A DNA stretch of 64,000 nucleotides from an uncultured bacterium (GTDB lineage Bacteria; Zixibacteria; MSB-5A5; UBA10806). Of the stretch, positions 28,813-37,147 are shown in pieces. The notes under the pieces are model-generated. The model did no database searches, had not been told where the DNA came from, and saw nothing but the letters and a program-made list of their open reading frames with translations. Position 1 is the stretch's first letter, and every line of letters begins with the position of its first letter. The stretch is taken from assembly GCA_965541585.1 (NCBI GenBank), contig CBEUCH010000017.1, positions 5,922-69,921 on the forward strand, written 5' to 3'. A program made the translations under genes and the position numbers.

Positions 28813-30180
28813 TTACCGGAATTTATGAAAGATATTTATCGGATATTTGCCGGAAAAACAGGCGGAGCAGAACTCATCCGGAGGGAGCGCCGGGAGGTTT
28901 ATCATTCCCTCTATCGAGAGATAACCCACTGAGTCGGCCCCCAGGAAGCGCCTTATTGACTCCACCGATTTTCTCGAGGCCAGAAGCTCTTTTTTAGTCG
29001 GCATGTCGATACCGTAAAAACAGGGACTCACTATAGGCGGCGATGATAATCTCAAGTGGACTTCTTTAGCGCCTGCATCCCGCAACATGACGACGAGCTT
29101 TTTCGATGTGGTCCCCCGGACGAGCGAATCATCTACAATCACAACGCGCTTTTTATTGATTACTCCGCGGACAACGTTGAATTTCTTCTTGACATCGAGA
29201 TCGCGAATTTTCTGTTCGGGTCGAATGAACGTCCTGCCGACGTAGTGATTGCGGATGAATCCGATATCATACCTGATTTTGGACTCCTCCGAAAATCCCA
29301 GTGCGGCCGTATTGGAACTGTCCGGTACCGATATTACGATATCGGCCTCAACGGGATGTTCTCTGGCCAGAAGCCGTCCCAGCCGCCTCCTGACTTTATC
29401 CACGTTCATGCCGTAGATCATCGAATCGGGACGCGAAAAATAGATGAACTCGAAAATGCAAAAAGCATGTCTGCTTCTCTTCAGAATATCATAACTTCGA
29501 ATTCCATGGCCGTTGATGACGATTATCTCGCCGGGATTGATATCGCGAATATATCTGGCACCGATTATATCGAAAGCGCAGGTTTCCGAGGCTATGATCC
29601 AGGCCGACCTCTTTTTCCCCAGAGCCAGCGGCCTGACGCCGGCGGGATCCCGTGCCGCCACAAGATGTTTCGGAGTCAAAAGCACCATGCTGTATGCCCC
29701 GATAACCTTGCCAAGCGCCTCCGCCAGGGCTAGTTCGATCCGACGTTTCTTCGATCTGGCCAGAAAATGTAGAATTATCTCCGTATCCGACGAGGTGCGG
29801 AAAATGGAACCGCGCTTTTCCAATTCCTTCTTTATGCGGCGATAATTGGTCAGATTGCCGTTATGGGCCAGCGCCAGGTGGCCGCGGCTGTAGTTGATTA
29901 CAAGCGGCTGTACGTTTTCGGTGGATGACGAGCCGGTAGTTGAATACCTGTTATGCCCTATAGCCGAATACCCTTTGAGTTCCTTGAGATCGTGATGCGA
30001 GGAGAAGACCTCGTTGACCAGCCCCATTCCCAGGCGAGAATGAAAACCGGTTTTATCGGCGGTTATGATGCCGCATGATTCCTGCCCGCGGTGCTGAAGA
30101 GCGTAGAGCCCGAGATAAGTAAGATCCGCGGCATTCCGGGCACCATAGACAGCGAAAACGCCGCATTTGTCTCTAATCAC
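28813..30180 (-). CDS. purF: amidophosphoribosyltransferase
   Basis: 455 aa; 'CGVFAVYG...LYALQHRGQESCGI' Ntn-glutaminase N-terminus plus a PRTase domain. GTG start. Confidence 0.95.
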   Translation of the reverse strand: MIRDKCGVFAVYGARNAADLTYLGLYALQHRGQESCGIITADKTGFHSRLGMGLVNEVFSSHHDLKELKGYSAIGHNRYSTTGSSSTENVQPLVINYSRGHLALAHNGNLTNYRRIKKELEKRGSIFRTSSDTEIILHFLARSKKRRIELALAEALGKVIGAYSMVLLTPKHLVAARDPAGVRPLALGKKRSAWIIASETCAFDIIGARYIRDINPGEIIVINGHGIRSYDILKRSRHAFCIFEFIYFSRPDSMIYGMNVDKVRRRLGRLLAREHPVEADIVISVPDSSNTAALGFSEESKIRYDIGFIRNHYVGRTFIRPEQKIRDLDVKKKFNVVRGVINKKRVVIVDDSLVRGTTSKKLVVMLRDAGAKEVHLRLSSPPIVSPCFYGIDMPTKKELLASRKSVESIRRFLGADSVGYLSIEGMINLPALPPDEFCSACFSGKYPINIFHKFR

Positions 30181-30283
30181 GCAATTACCGCCCCGTCAGA
30201 ATCAGTATCTACAGACAAAGTAAAATCACTCACAGAACCAGCCGATAACCCAATCAGGGGCCGACTGCCGGCGCGAATTGTGA

Positions 30284-30312
30284 ATCATATTGACCGCCTG
30301 CTGTTCTGTCAA
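30284..30312 (-). promoter_or_regulatory. sigma-70-type promoter for purF
   Basis: Minus strand: TTGACA (30312-30307), 17 nt, TATGAT (30289-30284), about 100 nt upstream of the GTG. Confidence 0.5.
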
Positions 30313-30380
30313 GTATATTGTTTTGTACGTATAATTATGAGGTTTTCTTGAAATTGCCCGACCCCGAAATCCAATATGCC

Positions 30381-31511
30381 ATGTCTCTTCTCAGAGGCAT
30401 TGGCCGTAGTCGTATAGGTGATCTGGCGGAGTCCTGCGGGAAGACGCTGATATCTATCGCCCGGCCTTCGGCAGTGAGAATTTCGATCCAGCTGGAGGGA
30501 TTGTCGGCGGAGATTTTCGAGAATGGCAGCCAAAGGCACCTGATGAGATTAACCCGGGCCCTGAAAGATTATGGATTAGCAGATCTTGATAGTGAACAAC
30601 GGCTCCCGGATTATGTAAATATTTCAACCGATAATGGCAAGATCATCTGCCTTGCCGTAATCAAGCATCTCGGGCTCCCTATCGGTGTGGCCGCCGCCTT
30701 TTCAGGACCATCAGACACCGCTACTCTGCCACTCGATGAGGGCCTGTACTTATGTGTCTCCCAGCTCAATGCCCGTATTCATGCCATATTATCACCCGGT
30801 ACTCAGAGTGCTGTGGAGGTTTTGTGCAGGCGTCTCCTGAGAGGTCTCCATGATACCTCGGCAAAAGCGGTCGGCGGGCAACTGGCCGATGACGGTGATT
30901 TCTGGATTTCCGTTTCTCATGCGAAAGAAATCACCTCCTGCCGGGAAACCGATCCACTCATTGCCGACGATATTGAATCGCTGAAAAACGGCGAGGAGAT
31001 GGATGAGAAGATCTTAAGCCAGATCTGGCTGGAGCCGGAAATCGATGCCGGAGTCTGGATCACGGATTTGCCTGGCTACTTCGTTGCCGTCGGATTCCCC
31101 GACAAGCAGGATATCACCAAACAGGTTATAGGCATTATTAAAAAACAGATTGAAAGCCTTGCCGTAGCAGATACGGATTATATTATCAAATCGTTCGAAA
31201 AGCTCAAAGCGGATTTCAAAAAACTCGTCAAATCCGAACGAGTGGCCGCCATCAATGAAACGGCGGTTACCGTCAACCATGAAATCAACAATCCTCTCAC
31301 CGCTATTCTCGGCAATACCCAGCTTCTGTTGATGGCCAAAGATAAGTTGCCCGAAGATGCGATTGCCAAACTTCAGACGATCGAAAAATCGGCTATCCAG
31401 ATACGCGAAGCCACCAGCAAGCTCATGTCCATTGTAGAACCTGTCAAAACCTCCTATGCTTCGGGGCTGGACATGATCGATATTGAAAAGAGTAAGAAGA
31501 AAAAGTCCTGA
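30381..31511 (+). CDS. protein with a C-terminal HisKA (DHp) domain and no HATPase domain
   Basis: The C-terminus 'AINETAVTVNHEINNPLTAILGNTQLLL' is a histidine-kinase H-box, and the ORF ends ~70 aa later without N/G1/G2 boxes. The N-terminal ~290 aa is unrecognised. The start is uncertain: ATG 30381 was chosen because TATAAT at 30330-30335 lies downstream of the listed TTG 30318. Confidence 0.6.
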   Translation: MSLLRGIGRSRIGDLAESCGKTLISIARPSAVRISIQLEGLSAEIFENGSQRHLMRLTRALKDYGLADLDSEQRLPDYVNISTDNGKIICLAVIKHLGLPIGVAAAFSGPSDTATLPLDEGLYLCVSQLNARIHAILSPGTQSAVEVLCRRLLRGLHDTSAKAVGGQLADDGDFWISVSHAKEITSCRETDPLIADDIESLKNGEEMDEKILSQIWLEPEIDAGVWITDLPGYFVAVGFPDKQDITKQVIGIIKKQIESLAVADTDYIIKSFEKLKADFKKLVKSERVAAINETAVTVNHEINNPLTAILGNTQLLLMAKDKLPEDAIAKLQTIEKSAIQIREATSKLMSIVEPVKTSYASGLDMIDIEKSKKKKS

Positions 31512-31613
31512 TAGCACCAACGCATCACAAAATCATTACAAGATTTCATAGAGAATTATTTCACTTGCCGAGAGATGCCTTTCCTTATAAATTGATCGGA
31601 CGATTTTTGCGGA

Positions 31614-32483
31614 TTGGCTTCAGGAGAGGATCACTTGGGAATTTTCACAGCTCTGACAAAACGATTTATAGCAGGCGAAACGAAACAGGATGCCGTGAAC
31701 GCCGTCCGCAGGCTCAACGAAATGGGTATGAGGACCACCCTGGATATCCTGGGCGAAAATGTCACATCAAAAGAAATGGCCCGGGATCTTGCTGATTTTT
31801 ATATCGATGTTCTCGACACCATATCATCCGAGAAGATCAGCGCCAACGTCTCATTAAAACTGACGCAGATGGGGCTGGACATCTCGGATGAGTTTTGTTT
31901 TGAAAACGTCGGCCGAATCATAAAGGCCGCCAAAGAGCGCGATAATTTCGTGCGAATCGATATGGAAGGCTCCGACTATACTGAGAGGACCCTGAAACTG
32001 GTTTACCGCTGGGCCGAGGAATTCGACAACGTGGGGACTGTTATTCAATCCATGCTATACCGCTCGGAAAATGATATTAAAGAACTCAACCAGCGCGGTA
32101 TAAGGATTCGCTTATGCAAAGGGGCATACAAAGAGCCGGCCAGCGTCGCCTACCCGAAAAAGGAGCAGGTTAACTCGAATTTCATCGTCCTGATGAAACT
32201 TCTTCTCGACAGCGGTTACTTTCATGCAATCGCCACCCACGATAACGCTATGATTTCGGCCACAAAGAAGTATGCCGATGAGCAAAATATCGGCAAAGAC
32301 AAATTCGAATTCCAGATGCTTTACGGCATAAATCGCACCGTCCAGACCGAGCTGGTATCAGAGGGTTACGGCATGCTGGTCTATGTCCCCTTCGGGACTC
32401 ACTGGTTTCCCTACTATTTCCGCCGGCTCCGCGAGCGAAAAGAGAATATCCTGTTCATATTAAAGCATCTGTTTAAGAGGTAA
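31614..32483 (+). CDS. proline dehydrogenase (monofunctional PutA-like)
   Basis: 289 aa; 'RFIAGETKQDAV', 'LDILGE', 'VRIDMEGS', 'RLCKGAYKEP' and 'ATHD' fit the PRODH barrel. TTG start; the N-terminus may be slightly short. Confidence 0.8.
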   Translation: MASGEDHLGIFTALTKRFIAGETKQDAVNAVRRLNEMGMRTTLDILGENVTSKEMARDLADFYIDVLDTISSEKISANVSLKLTQMGLDISDEFCFENVGRIIKAAKERDNFVRIDMEGSDYTERTLKLVYRWAEEFDNVGTVIQSMLYRSENDIKELNQRGIRIRLCKGAYKEPASVAYPKKEQVNSNFIVLMKLLLDSGYFHAIATHDNAMISATKKYADEQNIGKDKFEFQMLYGINRTVQTELVSEGYGMLVYVPFGTHWFPYYFRRLRERKENILFILKHLFKR

Positions 32484-32523
32484 GCCAGGAAGCAATTTTA
32501 TTTGTTACTCCAGGAGCAGTAAA

Positions 32524-32710
32524 CCTAAAACATCTCCCCCAGCCTGGCGGCGATGGACTCCAGGAGCTTCTCATCGCCGTCGCTGAAGGCGTTCAACTTA
32601 TCAGAATCAATATCGATCTCTCCCTTGACCTGATCTCCAATCATAATCGGGACTACTATTTCGGATTTAGTTTCAATGGAGCATGCCAGATACCTGGGAT
32701 CGGTGCTGAC
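32524..32710 (-). repeat. direct repeat copy A: orphan 3' fragment of a GAF gene (pseudogene fragment)
   Basis: Gap-free hand alignment to 37148-37334 gives 180/187 identical. It encodes 'STDPRYLACSIETKSEIVVPIMIGDQVKGEIDIDSDKLNAFSDGDEKLLESIAARLGEMF' plus a stop, with no upstream GAF sequence. Confidence 0.9.
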
Positions 32711-32810
32711 GGTGATCACTCCCTGACGGCCACTTTGACTTTTATGGAGGCTGCTTTGTAACCAGGGTTGATTCCGGGGCTAATCCGAAGAAGTTCAAAA
32801 CCGTCGCAGG

Positions 32811-33281
32811 TCAGTCGTCTGCACCCGGCCGTAAGATTCTTTTCTTGACTCTCTCGGGCAGTAATTGCCCGATAAGTTCCTTGATATCCGCGCCTCCCCG
32901 GATATTCAGCCAGACCATTCTCTCATGGGATTCAAAGACAAGTTCATAGGTCAGGAAGACGCAGCATTTACGTTCAAAAATGACGAATTCAACGAGGGCC
33001 TCGATCTTTTCGTCCGTGCCCTCAAATCCGAGACCGTATCCGTCCGATAGTTCCGCGAGAGCCCGTATATCGGCCAGCGCCCTGATGTCGGCTGCTCGTT
33101 TATCCGGGTTTCGCGCAATCTCGAGAAAGCAGGTATTCCGAGGCGACCTCTTTCCACTATCCCGCTCTTCCGCCGCGGCCGTCGGGACTACAAAATCGAT
33201 CCGGTAAAACGTCGGCACCAGCATCATAATTACTATCAATCCTCCGAGCCGTCCGGCTCCAGGGCGGCATAATATATTCAT
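32811..33281 (-). CDS. hypothetical protein
   Basis: 156 aa; ATG 33281 is preceded by AAGGAGAGG. The amino-acid tandem 'ADIRALADIRAL' is encoded by different codons (gac atc agg gcg ctg / gat ata cgg gct ctc), which argues for real coding. It has a 'ERKCCVFLTYEL' motif; the family is not recognised. Confidence 0.55.
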   Translation of the reverse strand: MNILCRPGAGRLGGLIVIMMLVPTFYRIDFVVPTAAAEERDSGKRSPRNTCFLEIARNPDKRAADIRALADIRALAELSDGYGLGFEGTDEKIEALVEFVIFERKCCVFLTYELVFESHERMVWLNIRGGADIKELIGQLLPERVKKRILRPGADD

Positions 33282-33532
33282 GTTCCTCTCCTTTCGTGAT
33301 GCCCGATTTGCAGGCCGCAGTATGCTACACCAAACTGCAGATCATTATAATCCGCAAAAACTTAATATTCCTCGAACATCTGCTATGTTGAATTAACCGA
33401 CTCGGCTCCCATTTGTCAAGTCTGTTGTCCGATGCGGGCGTCAGGGCGGGGAGTACCGTCAGGTTGTCATTAACTCGATAATATAGGATTGGATTGCAAC
33501 ATTTTCTTGAAACCGGTTTGACGGTTATTAAA

Positions 33533-33811
33533 TTAGGCTGATACTGCATCACGCATGACAATATCACATTGGGTCAGACTATACTTCTGCCGGGCCTCGC
33601 CAAAAGAGATGTTATAATGTATCCGGGTCGCAAAAAAGTTTAATAAATATCTTGACACGGTTGCCGCATACTGCTTAAGTTGACCTTTGTATAACAGCAA
33701 ATCTTTACCCTCCCCCCGGGTATGGCTATGCACCAGGATTTTCCGGCTGTTTGCGTTAAGCTCATTGGCGATACGCAGGTGCCTTCGATGAAGGATTCGG
33801 TTGATTTGCAC
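33533..33811 (-). pseudogene. possible tyrosine-recombinase (integrase) remnant
   Basis: The 92-aa ORF shows 'HLRIANEL' (cf. GLRISEL box I), 'TRGEGKDLLLYKGQLKQY' (cf. GKGxKxRxVPL) and 'FFATRIHYNISFGEARQKYSLTQCDIV' (cf. HxLRHxFAT...GHxxxxTTxxYxHV). The HxLRH and catalytic regions are lost or shortened and the N-terminal half is missing. By-eye similarity only. Confidence 0.3.
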
Positions 33812-33860
33812 ATTGTAATACTTTTGACCCGGGATATAAATTCTTTGGAGATTTCACAGC

Positions 33861-34706
33861 GTGCGTCCGAGAATCGTTGAATATCTAAATAATATAACCG
33901 GGATCGATATTTTCGGCTGGCTTGTTCCCGATCCGTCGGTAATTTATGCTTTTTCATTCGTGCTGGTGGTGATAGTCTTCGTGCGGCGATGCAAAACCGC
34001 CGGATTAGAGATCCGCGTCGCCCTGGATATCGCTTTCTGGGGATCTATTTGTGCATTCATATTCGCCCGCCTTTTTTATCTTTTCATTTATCAGGAGGGT
34101 GGTTCCCTGAGGCCGGCCGATTTGCTGTCATCCGGCGGAACTGCTTCCTGGGGAGTGTATACGGGCGTTTTCACCGGAGCCGTTCTTTATCTGCTAATCA
34201 GGAAACGGCGGATACTTCCTTATCTCGACATTATCGCCGCCAGTTTGCCTTTAAGCACCTTCGTCGGCAGATGGAGTTGTTTTATGTATGGCTGTGATTA
34301 CGGAACCCGCACAGATGTCGCCTGGGGGGTTCGTTACCCTTTCGCAAGTAAAGCCTTCGCCGCACATTTAGGCGACGGCCTGGTAATGCCGGATTCTCAA
34401 CTATCTGCGGCGGTTCATCCAAACCAGATTTATCTTTCGATTAACGCATTGATCTTGTTTATTATAATATCCCGTTTCTGGAGCAACAACAGATCAAAGC
34501 CCGGATTGACTTTTGCCTTTTACTTGACAGCCTACGGAATATCTCGTTTTTTCCTCGAATTCTTCCGGGACGACGCCGGCTCCGGACCGATTTCGGCATT
34601 AAACCTGCCCCAGACAATATGCCTGATTTCAATCTTCTTCGGAATAGGATGGATTGTTTATCTGCATTATGGCGCTAGAGAATTCGCTCACGCCAGAGGA
34701 ATTTAA
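33861..34706 (+). CDS. lgt: prolipoprotein diacylglyceryl transferase
   Basis: 281 aa, polytopic; 'GGTASWGVYTG', 'FVGRWSCFMYGCDYG', 'HPNQIY' and 'AYGISRFFLEFFRDD' match Lgt motifs. GTG start. Confidence 0.85.
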   Translation: MRPRIVEYLNNITGIDIFGWLVPDPSVIYAFSFVLVVIVFVRRCKTAGLEIRVALDIAFWGSICAFIFARLFYLFIYQEGGSLRPADLLSSGGTASWGVYTGVFTGAVLYLLIRKRRILPYLDIIAASLPLSTFVGRWSCFMYGCDYGTRTDVAWGVRYPFASKAFAAHLGDGLVMPDSQLSAAVHPNQIYLSINALILFIIISRFWSNNRSKPGLTFAFYLTAYGISRFFLEFFRDDAGSGPISALNLPQTICLISIFFGIGWIVYLHYGAREFAHARGI

Positions 34707-34738
34707 CCATTAAAAGAAGGAAGGAGGGAATTATCCGG

Positions 34739-35989
34739 ATGTTTAAAGCGTATACTAGACAGATACTGATGCTTGGAATCCTCGTCGCCGCGATTCTACA
34801 GTTCGGCGCCAATTGCGATTGCGAGCAACCTGTTATCGACTCCATGACCCCTGGTTCAGGGCCCGGAGGAACGATTGTCGAGGTCGTTTACTCGAAAGGC
34901 GGCTTGAGTGGGACGATCGAATACGATGGTGCTTTAGTGGAAACACGTAACGCAGGAAATCTGGGAATCGGCAAGACGCTTTTCTTCACCATTCCGTATG
35001 GTGCGACAGCCGGAGGAAAGAACGTCAGGGTGTATTCCGGAGGGAAGTACTCGGCCGCCCAGACGTTCAACGTAACAGGCTCCGCGGCCGTGCCAACCCC
35101 GGCCATCGACGGTTATGCATTCGGCAACGCCCAGGGTACCGAACTCACTATTTTCGGCAGCAATTTCAGCACTTTAACCGAGGTATTCATCGGCGGGGTG
35201 GAGGTCGCCGGCTATTCGGGGTCATCGCTTCCGTTACGGCAGATACCGCACGGTTTTGTCGACAATCTGATCATCTGCAAGCCGGCTTCCAATTTCGTTG
35301 CGGGAACATCTTACGGTGTACAGGCGCGGAATCCCGGCGGCATTAATTCCAGCACGGTTAATTTCACGTTCCCCGGCAGGGTTTGCGACATGGAATTCGA
35401 CGCCATAACCGGCACGCCGGTTCCGGACTATTACGTCTGGCAGAACAACACGGTAAACACGATCAGACGAAGCTACAGCGAGTGCGGCTGGGTGATTGAG
35501 TTGGCCTATGACGACACTTCGCTGGTGGACCCGCTTCCCGGTACGCCTTTCTCCTTTGCCGATCTGTACAGTTTCTGGCAGGCCAACGCCGCACCGACGG
35601 CAGGATGCTATATGCATGGGGCGTTTATTCCGGACGGTCCCGGGCCTCGCGGAGTCATGTATATGAACATCTTTAGCACCCCCAGTCTGCCCGCGGCCAA
35701 TCGCCGGCAGGGCTTTGGCGTCTTCTGGGACGATTTCGCAGGCTACGCCGATAGAATGCAGAAATACTTCAGAACTACTCTTCACGAATCGGGGCATGGA
35801 TTTAATTGCTTGCACGGCGATGCCAGCGCAAGCCAGACCCTGATGACCACAACGCCGTCGCTGGCCGCGGGGTGGCATTGCTTCTTCTCCACCACGAGCT
35901 GTCCTCATCTGAGCGGTCACACTCTCAACGCAGTCTGTCCCGGTGGAGAAGCCTTTGGCTCGTCACGTTCTTGCAACTCTTTGCATTGA
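34739..35989 (+). CDS. secreted IPT/TIG-repeat protein with a C-terminal HExxH (zincin-like) motif
   Basis: 416 aa with a signal peptide ending 'FGANC'. The IPT-like start 'PVIDSMTPGSGPGGTIVEV' is followed by a second IPT-like segment ('PAIDGY..GTELTIFGSNF') and a C-terminal 'TLHESGHGFNCLHGD'. Confidence 0.7.
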   Translation: MFKAYTRQILMLGILVAAILQFGANCDCEQPVIDSMTPGSGPGGTIVEVVYSKGGLSGTIEYDGALVETRNAGNLGIGKTLFFTIPYGATAGGKNVRVYSGGKYSAAQTFNVTGSAAVPTPAIDGYAFGNAQGTELTIFGSNFSTLTEVFIGGVEVAGYSGSSLPLRQIPHGFVDNLIICKPASNFVAGTSYGVQARNPGGINSSTVNFTFPGRVCDMEFDAITGTPVPDYYVWQNNTVNTIRRSYSECGWVIELAYDDTSLVDPLPGTPFSFADLYSFWQANAAPTAGCYMHGAFIPDGPGPRGVMYMNIFSTPSLPAANRRQGFGVFWDDFAGYADRMQKYFRTTLHESGHGFNCLHGDASASQTLMTTTPSLAAGWHCFFSTTSCPHLSGHTLNAVCPGGEAFGSSRSCNSLH

Positions 35990-36026
35990 GCCTTGTAAAA
36001 TGAAAACCAAAGTAAGGAGTAAGCCG

Positions 36027-36917
36027 ATGCGAAAAACGTCACTTCTGGTTCTGGCGGCCGTCATCTGTTTGATTTCTTCGGCGACCGCGCAGGACAGTAT
36101 TAGAGTTGCGGTGGAAGCGGAGAAAACGGACTTTTTATTGGGCGAGCCGGTTGCCGTCTATGTCACGATCACGAATACCGGGACCCAGGATATCCGGGTT
36201 TATTCGGAGGTTGGGCCGGAGTTCGATGGAAGCTATTATTTCATCACCGATCCCGATGGCAACACACGGGCGTTTTCTCCGATATTCGTCGCCGAACCGG
36301 ATGATCTCAGGACGCTCAGGCAAAACCAGAGCGTAAAAGGAGGCGGTCAAATATCCTACGGCGGCGAAGGATATTACTTTCCGAAACCGGGGAATTATGA
36401 AGTCGTCGTCCATTACAAAGGAGTTCAATCGGATCCTCTGCAGCTCACCGTTCTTTCTCCTCAAAACCAGGCGGAGCAAGAACAGGCCGATCTGATACTC
36501 GATCATCCCGAGGTCGGGCTATTCCTGGCCCTTGAGGGCGGCGATTTTCTCGAAGACGCCCTGGCACAAATCGAAACGCTTTCCGGCAAATATCCTAATT
36601 CGTTGATCACCTCCCACATGCTTTATGCCAAGGCGAAAAATCTATCCGTACCGGCCCGTAATTTTACTACCGGGAAACCCCGGGACGCAGACTTTCCCGG
36701 AGCCATAGGTATCCTGAATACCCTTAAGGATAGAAATCTGCCGTTATTCTATCAGAGTCGCGTATTCGGGACTCTCTCCCTCTGCCTCGAGAAAACGGGA
36801 AGAAAAAACGAGGCGGTAGAGACTTACCGCGAGTTCCAGAGAAAACTGGAATTGAACGAACGGCTGAAACCTTTTCACATTGAAAAGATCCAGAAGGAGC
36901 TGAGAAGGCTTCAGTAG
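36027..36917 (+). CDS. secreted hypothetical protein
   Basis: ATG 36027 lies 7 nt after AAGGAG. Signal peptide 'MRKTSLLVLAAVICLISSATAQD', then a beta-rich N-terminal half and a helical C-terminal half; family not recognised. Confidence 0.65.
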   Translation: MRKTSLLVLAAVICLISSATAQDSIRVAVEAEKTDFLLGEPVAVYVTITNTGTQDIRVYSEVGPEFDGSYYFITDPDGNTRAFSPIFVAEPDDLRTLRQNQSVKGGGQISYGGEGYYFPKPGNYEVVVHYKGVQSDPLQLTVLSPQNQAEQEQADLILDHPEVGLFLALEGGDFLEDALAQIETLSGKYPNSLITSHMLYAKAKNLSVPARNFTTGKPRDADFPGAIGILNTLKDRNLPLFYQSRVFGTLSLCLEKTGRKNEAVETYREFQRKLELNERLKPFHIEKIQKELRRLQ

Positions 36918-36922
36918 GCGAA

Positions 36923-36950
36923 GGGGCCGCCTTCGGGCGGCCCTCCCTTT
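36923..36950 (+). terminator. stem-loop terminator after the secreted-protein gene
   Basis: GGGGCCGCC-TTCG-GGCGGCCCT (8 GC pairs, UUCG tetraloop) begins 6 nt after the stop. The following U-tract is weak (CCCTTTAAAA). Confidence 0.5.
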
Positions 36951-37147
36951 AAAATCCTGAGATCGGGACTGTCAGGCTTTGCCTTTGATCGCCCGATCTA
37001 TAGAATTCTATATAAGCTTTTTGCTGCTTTTCCCTCAGGATGGAAGCCTTCGACATCCTGAGGGCAATTGTCTCATCAAGCAGGCGTCAGGTCCTACGGA
37101 TCCGTAGGAATGTCATTTCATTTCCATCCTCACGCAAAAGAGTCAGC

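Noticed and set aside
33325-33957. ORFs 33325-33567 and 33640-33957 (minus strand) as real genes.
   Set aside because: They have Cys/Arg/Ser-rich junk composition, no SD, and overlap each other and the integrase-like frame. They are more likely frame-shifted debris in a decayed AT-rich segment.
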